From an uncultured Clostridia bacterium (GTDB taxonomy: Bacteria > Bacillota > Clostridia > Christensenellales > UBA1242), in NCBI GenBank assembly GCA_944350265.1, contig CALVOG010000006.1:6709-70708 (forward strand): DNA of 64,000 bases, given 5' to 3'. Below, piece after piece: positions 21,239 through 31,010 of the stretch (position 1 is the stretch's first letter; each line of letters starts with the position of its first letter). The notes below the pieces were generated by a model. It had not been told where the DNA came from. It was given only the letters and a program-made list of their open reading frames with translations, and made no database searches. The translations under genes and the position numbers were made by a program.

Positions 21239-22117
21239 ATGAACGCGTTTGAAAAATTTGTTGCCTTTTTTAAGGGAGAAATGCCAACGCCGTCGCTCTA
21301 TGGCTGGTATCACCTTATGTGGTGGGGGATTGTTTTCCTTTTAACCGCATTTTTGGTCACTTTGGCGCTCAAAAACAAGAAAGAGGGAAAAAGTAACGCT
21401 GGTCTTATCCGCGGTGTTGTTTTAACCTATGCCATTCTCAGTATAATTTTGGAAATATTCAAACAACTCACCTATTCCTACGATGTTAACACCGACACGT
21501 GGCGCTATCAGTGGTATATTTTCCCATTTCAATTTTGCTCCACGCCAATGTATGTTGCGCTGATTGCGGGATGCCTTAAAAAGTGCGAGTTTCAAAATTA
21601 TCTTCTTTCCTACCTCGGCACCTTTGCACTCTTTGGCGGGCTTGTTGTGATGTGCTATCCGGGCGATGTGTTCAATGGATATATTTTAATCAACATTCAA
21701 ACAATGGTTTGCCACGCGGGGATGCTTATTATGGGCGTCTTTCTCCTCTCGTGCGCGGTGGAGTTAAAGTGGAAGAGTTTACTTAAAGCAATGGCGGTTT
21801 TCGGAGGACTTGTTTTAATCGCGCTCATGATGAATCTCATCTTCCACGCAACGGGCAACGACGCAACTTTCAATATGTTCTTCATAAGCCCATACCTCCC
21901 TTGCACACTCGCGCTCCTTGACACTATTTACGCAAATACGCCATATTTTGTCTTTCTCATCATCTATCTCATAGGTTTTTCACTGGCGGGCGGAATTATG
22001 CTTTCGTTTGCGATTGCGATAAATAATATCATAAAGAGTAACAACGAAAAGAAAAATAGTTTTGGCGATAAGCACGTTATGGATATCATCTTCAAAAACC
22101 TTAAAGACCTCGCTTAA
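21239..22117 (+). CDS. second YwaF/TMEM164-like integral membrane protein (tandem paralogue)
   Basis: YIFPFQFCSTPMYVALIA and MVCHAGMLIMGVFLL. SD GTGAGG. Starts 3 nt after the previous stop. Confidence 0.55.
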   Translation: MNAFEKFVAFFKGEMPTPSLYGWYHLMWWGIVFLLTAFLVTLALKNKKEGKSNAGLIRGVVLTYAILSIILEIFKQLTYSYDVNTDTWRYQWYIFPFQFCSTPMYVALIAGCLKKCEFQNYLLSYLGTFALFGGLVVMCYPGDVFNGYILINIQTMVCHAGMLIMGVFLLSCAVELKWKSLLKAMAVFGGLVLIALMMNLIFHATGNDATFNMFFISPYLPCTLALLDTIYANTPYFVFLIIYLIGFSLAGGIMLSFAIAINNIIKSNNEKKNSFGDKHVMDIIFKNLKDLA

Positions 22118-22199
22118 CTTCGTTCGGCGCTATTGAAATATTGCTTTAATTACTCAATAAGCGCTTAGATTATAAACAATAAAAACTTTTAAGATATTA

Positions 22200-22250
22200 A
22201 AAACCCTTCTAAGTTCACGAAATTTGTCGAATTTAGAAGGGCTTTTTTAT
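22200..22250. terminator. rho-independent terminator between convergent genes
   Basis: Stem CCCTTCTAA / TTAGAAGGG with a 20-nt loop, followed by CTTTTTT. Confidence 0.6.
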
Positions 22251-22288
22251 CAAATATATAAGATTTGTGTTTATTTAGAACTTGTTTG

Positions 22289-22393
22289 TTTAGAGTTATC
22301 TCATTTTGTTGTGGCAAGGTTAAACCTCATTAACTTTAACGCCGTTTACTGTCTAAATTTTATTTAGAGTTTTGTTGTGGCAAGGTTAAACCT
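22289..22393. repeat. direct repeat of about 31 bp (TTTAGAGTT..TTTTGTTGTGGCAAGGTTAAACCT), two copies; the second spans the stop of 22386-22841
   Basis: Copy 1 is 22289-22327 with a 6-bp insertion. Copy 2 is 22363-22393. Confidence 0.7.
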
Positions 22394-22841
22394 TTAAATT
22401 TTTTGTTTTCTTTTGGAACTTTCCGTCCTTTTTATGCACAATCACCTTGGCGTTTTGGTTTTTACAAAGGTCACTAACTCTCAAAAGCGCCTGCTCTTTG
22501 GTTTTATAGGAGGCAATGGTGCGTTTTGCGCCATCACGCTTAATAAGCCAAAGTTTTTCTTCCTTGCTGTATAAGACGCGATAGGCGCCTAGTTTGGTCT
22601 CCTCTTCCTCTTTCGTCTTATCTTCCTTTTCATTTTTAGGCGTGTTTTTAGCGTCGCTCTTTTGCGACTTGTCGTTCTTTTTAGGCGTGTTTTTCAAATT
22701 ATTTTGCGCCTTGTTTTTCTCACTCTTTTTCGTTTCCACTGCGCTTTTATCTTCAACCACTGCGCTTTCTTTTTCTTCCACCTTTTCCTCTTTCATATCC
22801 TCTTTCATCTCTTCTTTTTTCTTTTTCTTAAAGAACCACAT
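22386..22841 (-). CDS. K/E-rich low-complexity protein with a C-terminal DUF2188-like domain
   Basis: C-terminal YRVLYSKEEKLWLIKRDGAKRTIASYKTKEQALLRVSDLCKNQNAKVIVHKKDGKFQ fits the DUF2188 pattern (recalled). N-terminal 90 aa are a Lys/Glu-rich repeat. Confidence 0.5.
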   Translation of the reverse strand: MWFFKKKKKEEMKEDMKEEKVEEKESAVVEDKSAVETKKSEKNKAQNNLKNTPKKNDKSQKSDAKNTPKNEKEDKTKEEEETKLGAYRVLYSKEEKLWLIKRDGAKRTIASYKTKEQALLRVSDLCKNQNAKVIVHKKDGKFQKKTKNLKV

Positions 22842-23172
22842 AAAAAACCTCCTTTGTTTCTTTAATTATAGCGCAAAAGGAAAGAATTTTCAAGTGGAAT
22901 TTTGCTAATTTTTGCTCTTATTATAAAGTTTTGCCATAAAATATTTCCACTTAGGACCTATTCCTTTTGTAGCGCTTTTTTTGAGACTTCTCATTAAGTT
23001 ATAATAAAAGATAAAATTCTTCTATTTAATAAATGGTAAAGGCAACAATCAAAAAAAACGTCATTGAATTATATTTGTTTAAACAACCATAAAAGTTAAA
23101 GATAAATTTCTTCTTAAATTATTGACTTATTTTAATAAAAGGAGTAAACTTTCACTATACATAGGAGGGAAT

Positions 23173-24288
23173 ATGGATTGGGCGAAATTATGGAATGATA
23201 TTGTCACATATTTTGAAACTAATGTGTGGAATATTGTTTTCTTCTTTGTCATTTTGCTTTTGGGTGTGATTGTCATCAAAATCATTATGACAGTTTTAAG
23301 AAAAGTGCTTTCAAAAACAAAAATGGAGCGCATTGCACAGCAATTTATTTGCACGGCGATAAAGTTTTGCTTGTGGTTGGTTTTGATTTTACTTTTGTTG
23401 TCGCAAATCGGCATTCAAATTTCGGGCATACTCACGGCAATCAGCGCGCTTATTCTTGCTGTTGGTATGGCGCTCGAATCGAATATGGCGAACCTTGCAA
23501 ACGGCATTGTCATCGTGTCGAACCATATGTTCAAAAAGGGTGATTACATAATGGTGGACGGCGTGGAGGGCAACATCACCGACATCAACTTTCTCTTCAC
23601 CACCCTTATGACCAACGACAACAAAAAGATAACCTTGCCGAACTCGACGATTGTCAATTCCAGCGTCACAAACCTCGGCGCCAACGCCAAGAGGCGGGTG
23701 GACTTCACTTTTTCGGTGGCGTATGAGAGCGATGTGGAACTTGTGAAAAAGATTGTGGCGGAGGTTATGCAAAGCGACGGCAGGGTTTACCTTGACCCAG
23801 CACCTTTTTGTCGCCTTAAAACAATGAATGCGTCAAGTTTGGATTTCGTTGCCAACTGCTGGTGCGATAATGAGGATTATTGGGATGTTTACTACTATGT
23901 CACCGAGTGGGTGTATAACGAATTCAAGCGCCACAAGATTTCCGTGCCATATAATCAACTTGAAGTGAGAGAGCGAAAGGACAAAGTCAGCGTTCCTGTC
24001 ATCGGCAAAAAATTGCCAGAGCGCGTTGAAAAAGTGCGCGTTGATAAAAAGGAAAAGGATGTTTTCAACTTAATCAAAAAAGGCCTGTCGCATAAGGACA
24101 AAAAGAAAGATAAAAAGGAAAAGAAAAATAAGAAAGAAAAGAACTTAAATGCGCAAAACGTGGCGGAAGTCGCGCAAGAAAAAGCGACTGAAGATAATAA
24201 AGATAAGAATGCGCAAACAAAAGTCCAAAATGCTGAAAAAAGTGACGCGCAAGAAAACGAAAAAAAGAGTAAAAGAAAGAAAAAGTGA
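23173..24288 (+). CDS. small-conductance mechanosensitive channel (MscS family) with a Lys-rich C-terminal extension
   Basis: Start moved to the ATG at 23173 (AGGAGGGAAT before the ATG). TM helices followed by LANGIVIVSNHMFKKGDYIMVDGVEGNITDINFLFTTLMTNDNKKITLPNSTIVNS (MscS beta-domain signature). Confidence 0.85.
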   Translation: MDWAKLWNDIVTYFETNVWNIVFFFVILLLGVIVIKIIMTVLRKVLSKTKMERIAQQFICTAIKFCLWLVLILLLLSQIGIQISGILTAISALILAVGMALESNMANLANGIVIVSNHMFKKGDYIMVDGVEGNITDINFLFTTLMTNDNKKITLPNSTIVNSSVTNLGANAKRRVDFTFSVAYESDVELVKKIVAEVMQSDGRVYLDPAPFCRLKTMNASSLDFVANCWCDNEDYWDVYYYVTEWVYNEFKRHKISVPYNQLEVRERKDKVSVPVIGKKLPERVEKVRVDKKEKDVFNLIKKGLSHKDKKKDKKEKKNKKEKNLNAQNVAEVAQEKATEDNKDKNAQTKVQNAEKSDAQENEKKSKRKKK

Positions 24289-25484
24289 GAGCAATACTGC
24301 ACTGCGATTTAAACAATTTTTACGCCAGTTGTGAGGTGCTTCAAAATCCCTCTTTGCGCGGGAAACCCGTCGCTGTTGGCGGAAAGGAAGAGGATAGGCA
24401 CGGCGTTGTTGTTGCGGCGAACTATGAAGCGAAAAAATTTGGCGTTAAATGTGGGGTGACCACGCACGAGGCAAAAAAACTTTGCAAGGACCTTGTGATA
24501 TGCTCACCTCACTTTTCTCTATACAACAAGTGTTCGCGTATGGTGCGAAAGATATATGAAAGTTACACCGACAAGGTGGAGGTTTTTTCGATTGACGAAT
24601 GCTTTTTGGACGTAACGCACAGCAAAATCTTTGGCTCGCCCGTTGAGATTGCCAACGAAATAAGAGAGCGCGTGAAGAAAGAGGTGGGGCTGACAATCTC
24701 GGTGGGCGTAAGCTATAACAAGACCTTTGCGAAAATCGGCAGTGACTACAAAAAACCCGACGCCACCACCGTTATCACAGAAGAAAATTTTAAGAGCATT
24801 GTTTGGCCATTGCCTGTTGGCGACCTCTTCGGTGTGGGCAGAAAACTCAAAGAAAAACTAATGCGATTTGGCGTTTTGACGATTGGCGACCTTGCGCATA
24901 TGGACAGAAATTTTTTAACTAGCGAATTTGGAAAGGTGGGCGACGATTTATATAAAAAGGCAAACGGGCTTGACGACGAGGAGGTTAGCGCGGAGGAAGA
25001 ATCTCCCAAAAGCATAGGCAACAGTGCCACGTTCTATAAGGACCTGACCGACTTAAAGGACATCTCCTTGGCGTTCACAACGATTGCCGAAAGCGTGGCA
25101 GAGAGGATGATTAAGAAAAACATCAAAGTTGCGCACACACTTTCAATAACCATTCGAGACGCCGACCTAAAATTCTATCAAAAACAGTGCCAAATTCCGC
25201 CGTGCCGAAGTAGTGAACTGTTTTCCAAAACCGCCTTCAAACTCTTCACCGAAAATTTCACCTTTTTGAAAAGAGTGCGCCTTTTGGGGATAAGCGTCAG
25301 TGGATTCGACGAGCGCGCGCAAATTTCACTCTTCGACGAGAAAACTGATAAGTTTGACGATATTATGAGTAAGATTAGGCAAAAGTATGGGCATAACAAA
25401 ATTGTGCGCGCAAACGCACTCTTAGACAGCAAAATTTCCTCCGCCCTCGCGCGCGAACAACTCGACAAAAAAAGCGACGACTAA
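24285..25484 (+). CDS. dinB: DNA polymerase IV (Y-family)
   Basis: ILHCDLNNFYASCE, SIDECFLDVT, SVGVSYNKTFAKIGSDYKKPD. GTG start overlaps the mscS stop by 4 nt. Confidence 0.93.
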   Translation: MRAILHCDLNNFYASCEVLQNPSLRGKPVAVGGKEEDRHGVVVAANYEAKKFGVKCGVTTHEAKKLCKDLVICSPHFSLYNKCSRMVRKIYESYTDKVEVFSIDECFLDVTHSKIFGSPVEIANEIRERVKKEVGLTISVGVSYNKTFAKIGSDYKKPDATTVITEENFKSIVWPLPVGDLFGVGRKLKEKLMRFGVLTIGDLAHMDRNFLTSEFGKVGDDLYKKANGLDDEEVSAEEESPKSIGNSATFYKDLTDLKDISLAFTTIAESVAERMIKKNIKVAHTLSITIRDADLKFYQKQCQIPPCRSSELFSKTAFKLFTENFTFLKRVRLLGISVSGFDERAQISLFDEKTDKFDDIMSKIRQKYGHNKIVRANALLDSKISSALAREQLDKKSDD

Positions 25485-25639
25485 TTTTTAAACTAAAAAA
25501 AGCGACGACTAATTTTTGAACCAAGGTGTTAGGATAAAGTCAATGCAGTTGCAACGACGGTTAAAGACGGTTATATTAAGCCTTATAAGAGAAAAAAATT
25601 TGAATTTCAAAAAAATCAAAAAAAATTTTTGAAAAACTA

Positions 25640-25668
25640 TTGACACCCCCTCCCGCTTATGTTATGCT
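25640..25668 (+). promoter_or_regulatory. sigma-A promoter TTGACA-17-(TGt)TATGCT
   Basis: TTGACA 25640-25645, TG 25660-25661, TATGCT 25663-25668. It lies inside the track's extended ORF, which supports the downstream ATG at 25688. Confidence 0.6.
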
Positions 25669-25687
25669 AACAGCGTTAGGAGGGAAT

Positions 25688-26335
25688 ATGAAAAAATTAG
25701 AGACAAAAGAGGAACTTTTGACATATATCGCCACATGTTATATGTATGCCGGCGATAAAGTAATGAGGGTCAATGTAGACTCCAATCCTTACAAAGATTT
25801 TGATGGGGCTATACAAGGAACATTTAAGAAGTTTGCTCGCGTTAGCGCAAAACAAGCAGGTGCGGAAAGAGTTGGTCAACCTCTATCCACAATAATGAGT
25901 GACGGGCATATCGAGGTCAAAGACGCAATAATTCAAAATGCGGAAGACTGGATAGTTATAAATCCTAATGGTGAGGCTTATATTATTAAGGATGAAAAAT
26001 TTAGAAAAAGATACGAAACTTCGGTTGGCGCTGATGGGAAGCACGCACCTATTGCTGACCCGCAAGATTTTTTGCTAGTCCCAGAAGATATTGAATTTAT
26101 GGTTCCTTGGGGAAAAAATGGGGCGCCAATCCCATTCACTTTAAAGGCGGGAGGATATTTAAACGTGACCGACCTTCAAAACCTAGATAAAAAACCTATA
26201 TCCGAAATTGAAATCTATGGCGTTCAAAAAGAGGAATTTGAACAAACATATGCGCCATGTAGCAGAGAAGGCATTTTCGAAGATGAAGAATTAAGAGAAC
26301 TTTCCAATCAGGCTGATAGAGGCGAAAAGCAATAA
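25688..26335 (+). CDS. hypothetical protein (215 aa), no family recognised
   Basis: AGGAGGGAAT before the ATG. Has its own promoter and terminator. Soluble, mixed alpha/beta composition. Confidence 0.6.
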   Translation: MKKLETKEELLTYIATCYMYAGDKVMRVNVDSNPYKDFDGAIQGTFKKFARVSAKQAGAERVGQPLSTIMSDGHIEVKDAIIQNAEDWIVINPNGEAYIIKDEKFRKRYETSVGADGKHAPIADPQDFLLVPEDIEFMVPWGKNGAPIPFTLKAGGYLNVTDLQNLDKKPISEIEIYGVQKEEFEQTYAPCSREGIFEDEELRELSNQADRGEKQ

Positions 26336-26393
26336 GATTAAAAATCAAACTTTGCGAATGAACAAAAACGCAGTGTTGGCAAGAAAGAGGATG

Positions 26394-26440
26394 GAATAAT
26401 CTGTAGGGTCGAAGCATCCTCTTTTTTTTGTATAAAAATT
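26394..26440 (+). terminator. rho-independent terminator
   Basis: Stem AAAGAGGATG / CATCCTCTTT followed by a T8 run. Confidence 0.75.
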
Positions 26441-26577
26441 TATTTGCATATATTTGTTTGTATATATTTCGTATATATTTCGTGTATATTTGCCTACATA
26501 TATTTATTCGTATATATTTATTCGTATTTGTATAAAAATTGTTTACATTACAAAAATTGTTTACATAAAGACTCATT
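26441..26577. repeat. AT-rich block of short tandem duplications
   Basis: GTATATATTTC x2-3 (26470-26502), TATATTTATTCG x2, AAAAATTGTTTACA x2 (about 26535 and 26553). Confidence 0.6.
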
Positions 26578-26719
26578 ATATAAAGAATATCTGGCATAAT
26601 TTATGTTCGCTTTATAATTTCGCCTTTTATTTTGTTTATCAATTATTTTTCTTTTTTATTTCTCTTTTCTTTTTGGAGGAATTATGATATAATCTTGTTA
26701 GACGATTGTTGGAGGGAGT

Positions 26720-27652
26720 TTGAAAACTTTAGAGGGGCGACTTGCAAAAAAAATAGCGCAGTGTTATGTGGTTTCTGGCGAGGATATTCTTTTGTATGAC
26801 CGCGCGCTTTCGCTCATTAAAACTGCGTGCAAGTTGGAATTAGAGGAGTTTAATTTTTTAAAGTTTGACGACGATAATTTTAAGGCGGACGCGGTTATTG
26901 ACGCGCTTGAAACCTTGCCTATCGGCAGTGAAAAAAAACTTATTCTTCTCAAAAACCTAACAAAGGTGAGCGAGGATTTTAAGAAGAAATTGACCGCCTA
27001 TTTAAAATCGCCCGAGCCGTCATCGGTGCTTGTGATTTTCGATTTTCACAACATTTTCAACTTCGTTATCGGCGAAAAGGTGAGTGCGAAACGGCTGGAT
27101 GAAACCACCCTTTATGGACTCATAAAAAGTGAAGTGGAAGAGGCGGGCAAAGTGATAGACAACGATGCGCTCAAACTTTTAATGGAGTATTGTTGCGATT
27201 ACTACTCACTCATCGAAAACGAACTTGAAAAACTAAAAAACGCGGGCGGGGTGGCAATAACCAAAAAGGACGTGGAAAATTTAGCGATTAAAGAAACGGA
27301 GTTTTCGGTTTTTGAACTCACCGAGGCGCTTTCCAAAAGAGATGTCAATCGCGCGGTGGAACTTTTAAGTTTAATGGAGAAAGACACCAAAACATTCACG
27401 CTTATCTTAAACCATTTTCGACGGATGTTCTTCATTGCAATTTCAAAGGAGAGCGATGCTGAACTTTCCAAACTTTTATCAGTGAAAGAATTCGCGGTGA
27501 CAAAAGCGCGGGCGCTAGCGAGAAACTTCTCAAAAATACAACTCAAAAACATATATGAACTTCTCGCCGATGTGGATTTTTACATTAAAAACGGACAGAT
27601 GCAAATTGAAAACGCGCTTTATTATCTTGTTTTTGGAATAATTTTTTGCTAG
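26720..27652 (+). CDS. holA: DNA polymerase III delta subunit
   Basis: TTG start after GGAGGGAG. N-terminal YVVSGEDILLYDRALSLIK, and a C-terminal helical domain with the HolA-like layout (..FELTEAL..RDVNRAVELL.., LNHFRRMFF). Confidence 0.7.
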   Translation: MKTLEGRLAKKIAQCYVVSGEDILLYDRALSLIKTACKLELEEFNFLKFDDDNFKADAVIDALETLPIGSEKKLILLKNLTKVSEDFKKKLTAYLKSPEPSSVLVIFDFHNIFNFVIGEKVSAKRLDETTLYGLIKSEVEEAGKVIDNDALKLLMEYCCDYYSLIENELEKLKNAGGVAITKKDVENLAIKETEFSVFELTEALSKRDVNRAVELLSLMEKDTKTFTLILNHFRRMFFIAISKESDAELSKLLSVKEFAVTKARALARNFSKIQLKNIYELLADVDFYIKNGQMQIENALYYLVFGIIFC

Positions 27653-27956
27653 GTTTATTATTATACAACAAAAAAAAGAAACAAAAAAATATAAAACAAA
27701 AGAATAATTAAAAAATACAACAAGAACGTGGAAAAATAGCAAAAAATCATATAAAAAATTCAATTACATAAGAATGAAAAAATAGTAAAAAACACTAAAA
27801 ATCATATAAAAAATCCAATTATAAAAAATGTAGAATATAGCGAAAAACACAAAAAATTAGAAAAAAAACGCAAAAAACAAATTTTTTATTAAAAAATCAA
27901 AAATTATGTGAATTTGTGGATAAAAATAGTGCGAAAGAAATTATCAAGGAGGAAAA
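27653..27956 (+). other. 300-bp extremely A-rich (sense-strand) low-complexity spacer with a single perfect DnaA box
   Basis: Nearly G/C-free A-rich words. A duplication with a period of about 54 bp (AAAAATCATATAAAAAAT(T/C)CAATTA x2). TGTGGATAA at 27915-27923. Confidence 0.7.
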
Positions 27957-28553
27957 ATGGAAGAACGAGATTTAGAGGAAATTAAAGAGGAATTTAAGGA
28001 GATATATTTTGACAATATCGAGCGTGACGGCGCCGAGGAGTTGCTGGAATTTTTAGAGCGCTCTGATTTCTTTCGCGCGCCAGCAAGCACCAAAAACCAC
28101 TCCGCATTTGAGGGTGGACTATGTCAGCACAGCATAAATGTTTACAAGCGCTTTGTGAAACTTTTGGAGGGCGAATATGGCGATTATGAGGAAAAAATCT
28201 CAAAAGAGAGCGTGGCGATAATTGCCCTTCTGCACGACATTTGCAAAGTGAATTTTTATGTGAAGGACCTCAAAAATGTCAAGCGTGACGGGCAGTGGGT
28301 GCAAGAGCCTTACTATCGAATTGAGGACAGTTTGCCATACGGTCACGGCGAAAAGTCGGTGTATATGATTTCCGGCTTTATGCGCTTGACGCGAGAAGAG
28401 GCGATGGCAATTAACTGGCATATGGGTGGATTTGACGCGCGGGTAAGAGAGGGCAGTGTGCGCCTCACCGATGTTTATTATCGCTATCCAATCGCCTTCC
28501 TCTTCCACATTGCGGACAATATGGCAACCTACCTAGACGAACTTCCGCAGTGA
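27957..28553 (+). CDS. HD-domain metal-dependent phosphohydrolase
   Basis: H...ALLHDICK (HD motif), HGEKS, FHIADNMA. SD AAGGAGG. Confidence 0.75.
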   Translation: MEERDLEEIKEEFKEIYFDNIERDGAEELLEFLERSDFFRAPASTKNHSAFEGGLCQHSINVYKRFVKLLEGEYGDYEEKISKESVAIIALLHDICKVNFYVKDLKNVKRDGQWVQEPYYRIEDSLPYGHGEKSVYMISGFMRLTREEAMAINWHMGGFDARVREGSVRLTDVYYRYPIAFLFHIADNMATYLDELPQ

Positions 28554-28574
28554 ACATAGGACTATTAGTTTGTT

Positions 28575-28605
28575 TGTCATTCTTCGGCGTTGCCTCAGAA
28601 TGACA
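28575..28605 (-). repeat. dispersed hairpin repeat R1, minimal copy (hairpin only)
   Basis: TGTCATTCTTCGGCGTTGCCTCAGAATGACA, with outer arms extended to an 11-bp perfect palindrome TTTGTCATTCT/AGAATGACAAA. Confidence 0.75.
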
Positions 28606-28734
28606 AATAACCGAAAGTCCTAACGGTATAATCTTAGGTTGCAAGCGATAATAGGAAAAATATCACAAAAATATTCTCAAAAATGGGAAATTTTCTTGCG
28701 TTCGCTTTTAATTTTATGATATTTTAAAAATGCA

Positions 28735-30783
28735 ATGAAAATGTCGAAAATTGTCAATCCTCGACCGTTTTTCTACTGCTTTCTCGCGCTACTTTTCTCC
28801 ATCGCAGTGACGCGGTATATTTTTGTGCTTACCGTGGAATATGTTTGCCTTTTTGTGGCGCTACTCGTGGGCATTATTGCAACACTTCTTGCTTACAAAA
28901 AGTTTTTCTTTCTCTTTTTAATTTTATCCACAATGCTTCTTGGCGGATGTTTGTATTTTGCTGGAATTAACACCTTTAGCCCGCCAGAGTTTTCAGGTGA
29001 AGTTTTGGTTACCGGCAGGCTTAGCGACGACGTCTCCTATGAAGAAGAGGAAACCTCCTACTTACTGAAAGATGTCACCATAAACGGCGAAAACGCCAAA
29101 AATATCGAACTGACAATCACCGGCACCAAGCAAAATTTGGATGTGGGCGACGTGGTGATGTTTAAGGGCGAGGTGAAGAAAATTCCGCTTTTCAGCCTCA
29201 ATCGCTTTAACCTCTCATACTATCGAAATAATGTTGGCTACACGTCAAGCGTTGAAATCGCAAACTTGTCGGTTGTTGGCAATGACATAAAACTTGTGGA
29301 GAGATTTCGCCTCCGCGTGAAGGAGGTTTTATATGAAAATATGACCGCGGATGATGGCGCCACCGCTTACGCCGTGCTGTTCGGCTACACGAACGATATC
29401 GAGGACGAAACCTACTCTGCTTACCAAAACGCTGGCATACTTCACCTTCTTGCCGTTTCGGGGCTTAATGTCACCTTTCTCATTCAACTTATCGGCTTTC
29501 TTTTAAAATTATTCAAGGTGAACCGCCACGCCAACTTCGTGACCTGTTTTGTTGTGCTTGTGATTTATTCCTATCTTTGCTCGTTTGCGCCGTCGATTGT
29601 GAGGGCGGGGATAATGGGCATAATTTTCTTGGCGTGCTCTCTTTCAGGGCGCGCCTACGACAGTTTAAACACGCTGGGTTTTGCTGGCATTCTTATGCTT
29701 TTAACAAGTCCGCTTCTTGCCTTTGATGTTGGCTTTTTGATGAGTTACTTCTGCGTTATCGGCATCGTTATTTTCTGCCCAATCCTCACAAACTTATTAA
29801 GCCACGTGTTCCCAAAAGTTATCGCAAGTTCCTTCGCTGTTTCAATAAGCGCCACCATTGCAATTTTGCCGTTTATGGCGATTATGTATTCCAAACTTAA
29901 CCTTCTATCCTTCTTCACCAACATCATCGCCGTTCCGCTCTTTGGGATTGCTTATCCATATTTGTGCGTGGCAACAATGCTCACGGTTATCTTTCCATTT
30001 TTAGGCTTTTCGCTCACCTTGTGCGGATATATTTTCACTCTTGTTAATCTTATCGCAAAATTTTTCGCAAACACGCCACTTTTCATTCAACTTACGCCAA
30101 TGAACATCATCATTTCGGCACTTTTATATCTAATTTTGTTTGTGATAAGTTATTTCTTTATGGCAAAGTTAAAAACCAAAATTCTCACATTTTCCGCACT
30201 CGCGCTTCTTATAACGATAAACGCCACCGTCTTTGCGCTGGTGCCGATGTGCGAGGTGGGCATATATTACACCTACACCGACGAAAATTCCTTCGTGCTT
30301 TTAACAAATGAAAAGAACGAAACGTTAATTGTGGACGCCACGTGGAAGTTTTCCACCATTCACAGCGCGCTTCTTGTTGTGGACGCTTTCAATGTGCTTG
30401 CCAACGTGCAGGTGAATAATGTTTTCACAAGCGAGTCACAAGATTTTTTGAAGATAAACAATCTTTCGCACAGCGATATCACAAACATTGAAGGCACGGA
30501 AATCTTGCCGTATAACACCAACTTTCATATCGGCGATTTTCGGCTGAAATATGTGCTTGTGGACGATGTGTTTGTGGGGCTGGAAATTGAGTTTGATAAT
30601 GTTTTAACTCTTCGCGCAAACGCCGATTTGCCAGAAGAAATTCTCTCTTCACTTTCAAATCATTACGACCTCATTCTTGCTGTAAACACGTCTAGTGAGG
30701 GCAATATTGTTTCGCCAAACAGGAGCGCCTTTTTCGCGGTGGAGGACAATCGCCTTGTCTATAAGGAGAAGTTTTTTGTTTAA
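28735..30783 (+). CDS. comEC: ComEC/Rec2 DNA internalisation channel protein (C-terminal metallo-beta-lactamase-like domain apparently degenerate)
   Basis: N-terminal TM helices plus an OB-like domain. Competence-domain signature NAGILHLLAVSGLNVTFL. Many TM helices. No HxHxDH motif seen in the C-terminal 200 aa or so. Confidence 0.8.
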   Translation: MKMSKIVNPRPFFYCFLALLFSIAVTRYIFVLTVEYVCLFVALLVGIIATLLAYKKFFFLFLILSTMLLGGCLYFAGINTFSPPEFSGEVLVTGRLSDDVSYEEEETSYLLKDVTINGENAKNIELTITGTKQNLDVGDVVMFKGEVKKIPLFSLNRFNLSYYRNNVGYTSSVEIANLSVVGNDIKLVERFRLRVKEVLYENMTADDGATAYAVLFGYTNDIEDETYSAYQNAGILHLLAVSGLNVTFLIQLIGFLLKLFKVNRHANFVTCFVVLVIYSYLCSFAPSIVRAGIMGIIFLACSLSGRAYDSLNTLGFAGILMLLTSPLLAFDVGFLMSYFCVIGIVIFCPILTNLLSHVFPKVIASSFAVSISATIAILPFMAIMYSKLNLLSFFTNIIAVPLFGIAYPYLCVATMLTVIFPFLGFSLTLCGYIFTLVNLIAKFFANTPLFIQLTPMNIIISALLYLILFVISYFFMAKLKTKILTFSALALLITINATVFALVPMCEVGIYYTYTDENSFVLLTNEKNETLIVDATWKFSTIHSALLVVDAFNVLANVQVNNVFTSESQDFLKINNLSHSDITNIEGTEILPYNTNFHIGDFRLKYVLVDDVFVGLEIEFDNVLTLRANADLPEEILSSLSNHYDLILAVNTSSEGNIVSPNRSAFFAVEDNRLVYKEKFFV

Positions 30784-30975
30784 CATTAAATTTTTGACTT
30801 TTTTAATCTTCTCAACAAGTTTTTTACTACTTCTATTATTTTTTCGTTTTTTGCCGTTTATGTGAGAGGGAGGTTACACAAGGATTTGCTGGAGAATTAA
30901 AAAAATTATAATATTTTCAAACAATATCATTGATTAATAAAAAATCTTTCTTTTTAATGCGGTTATAAATTTTAG

Positions 30976-31004
30976 TTGACCCGCTGGATATCTTTTGGTA
31001 AAAT
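30976..31004 (+). promoter_or_regulatory. promoter TTGACC-17-(TGg)TAAAAT ending 6 nt before the ATG of 31011 (leaderless geometry)
   Basis: TTGACC 30976-30981, TG 30996-30997, TAAAAT 30999-31004, ATG at 31011. No SD. Confidence 0.55.
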
Positions 31005-31010
31005 ATATCT

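Noticed and set aside
26196-26687. ORFs 26196-26597 (-) and 26454-26687 (+)
   Set aside because: They lie in the AT-rich repeat block between a terminator and the holA promoter. Their Tyr/Ile/Phe-rich translations are low-complexity and they have no RBS.
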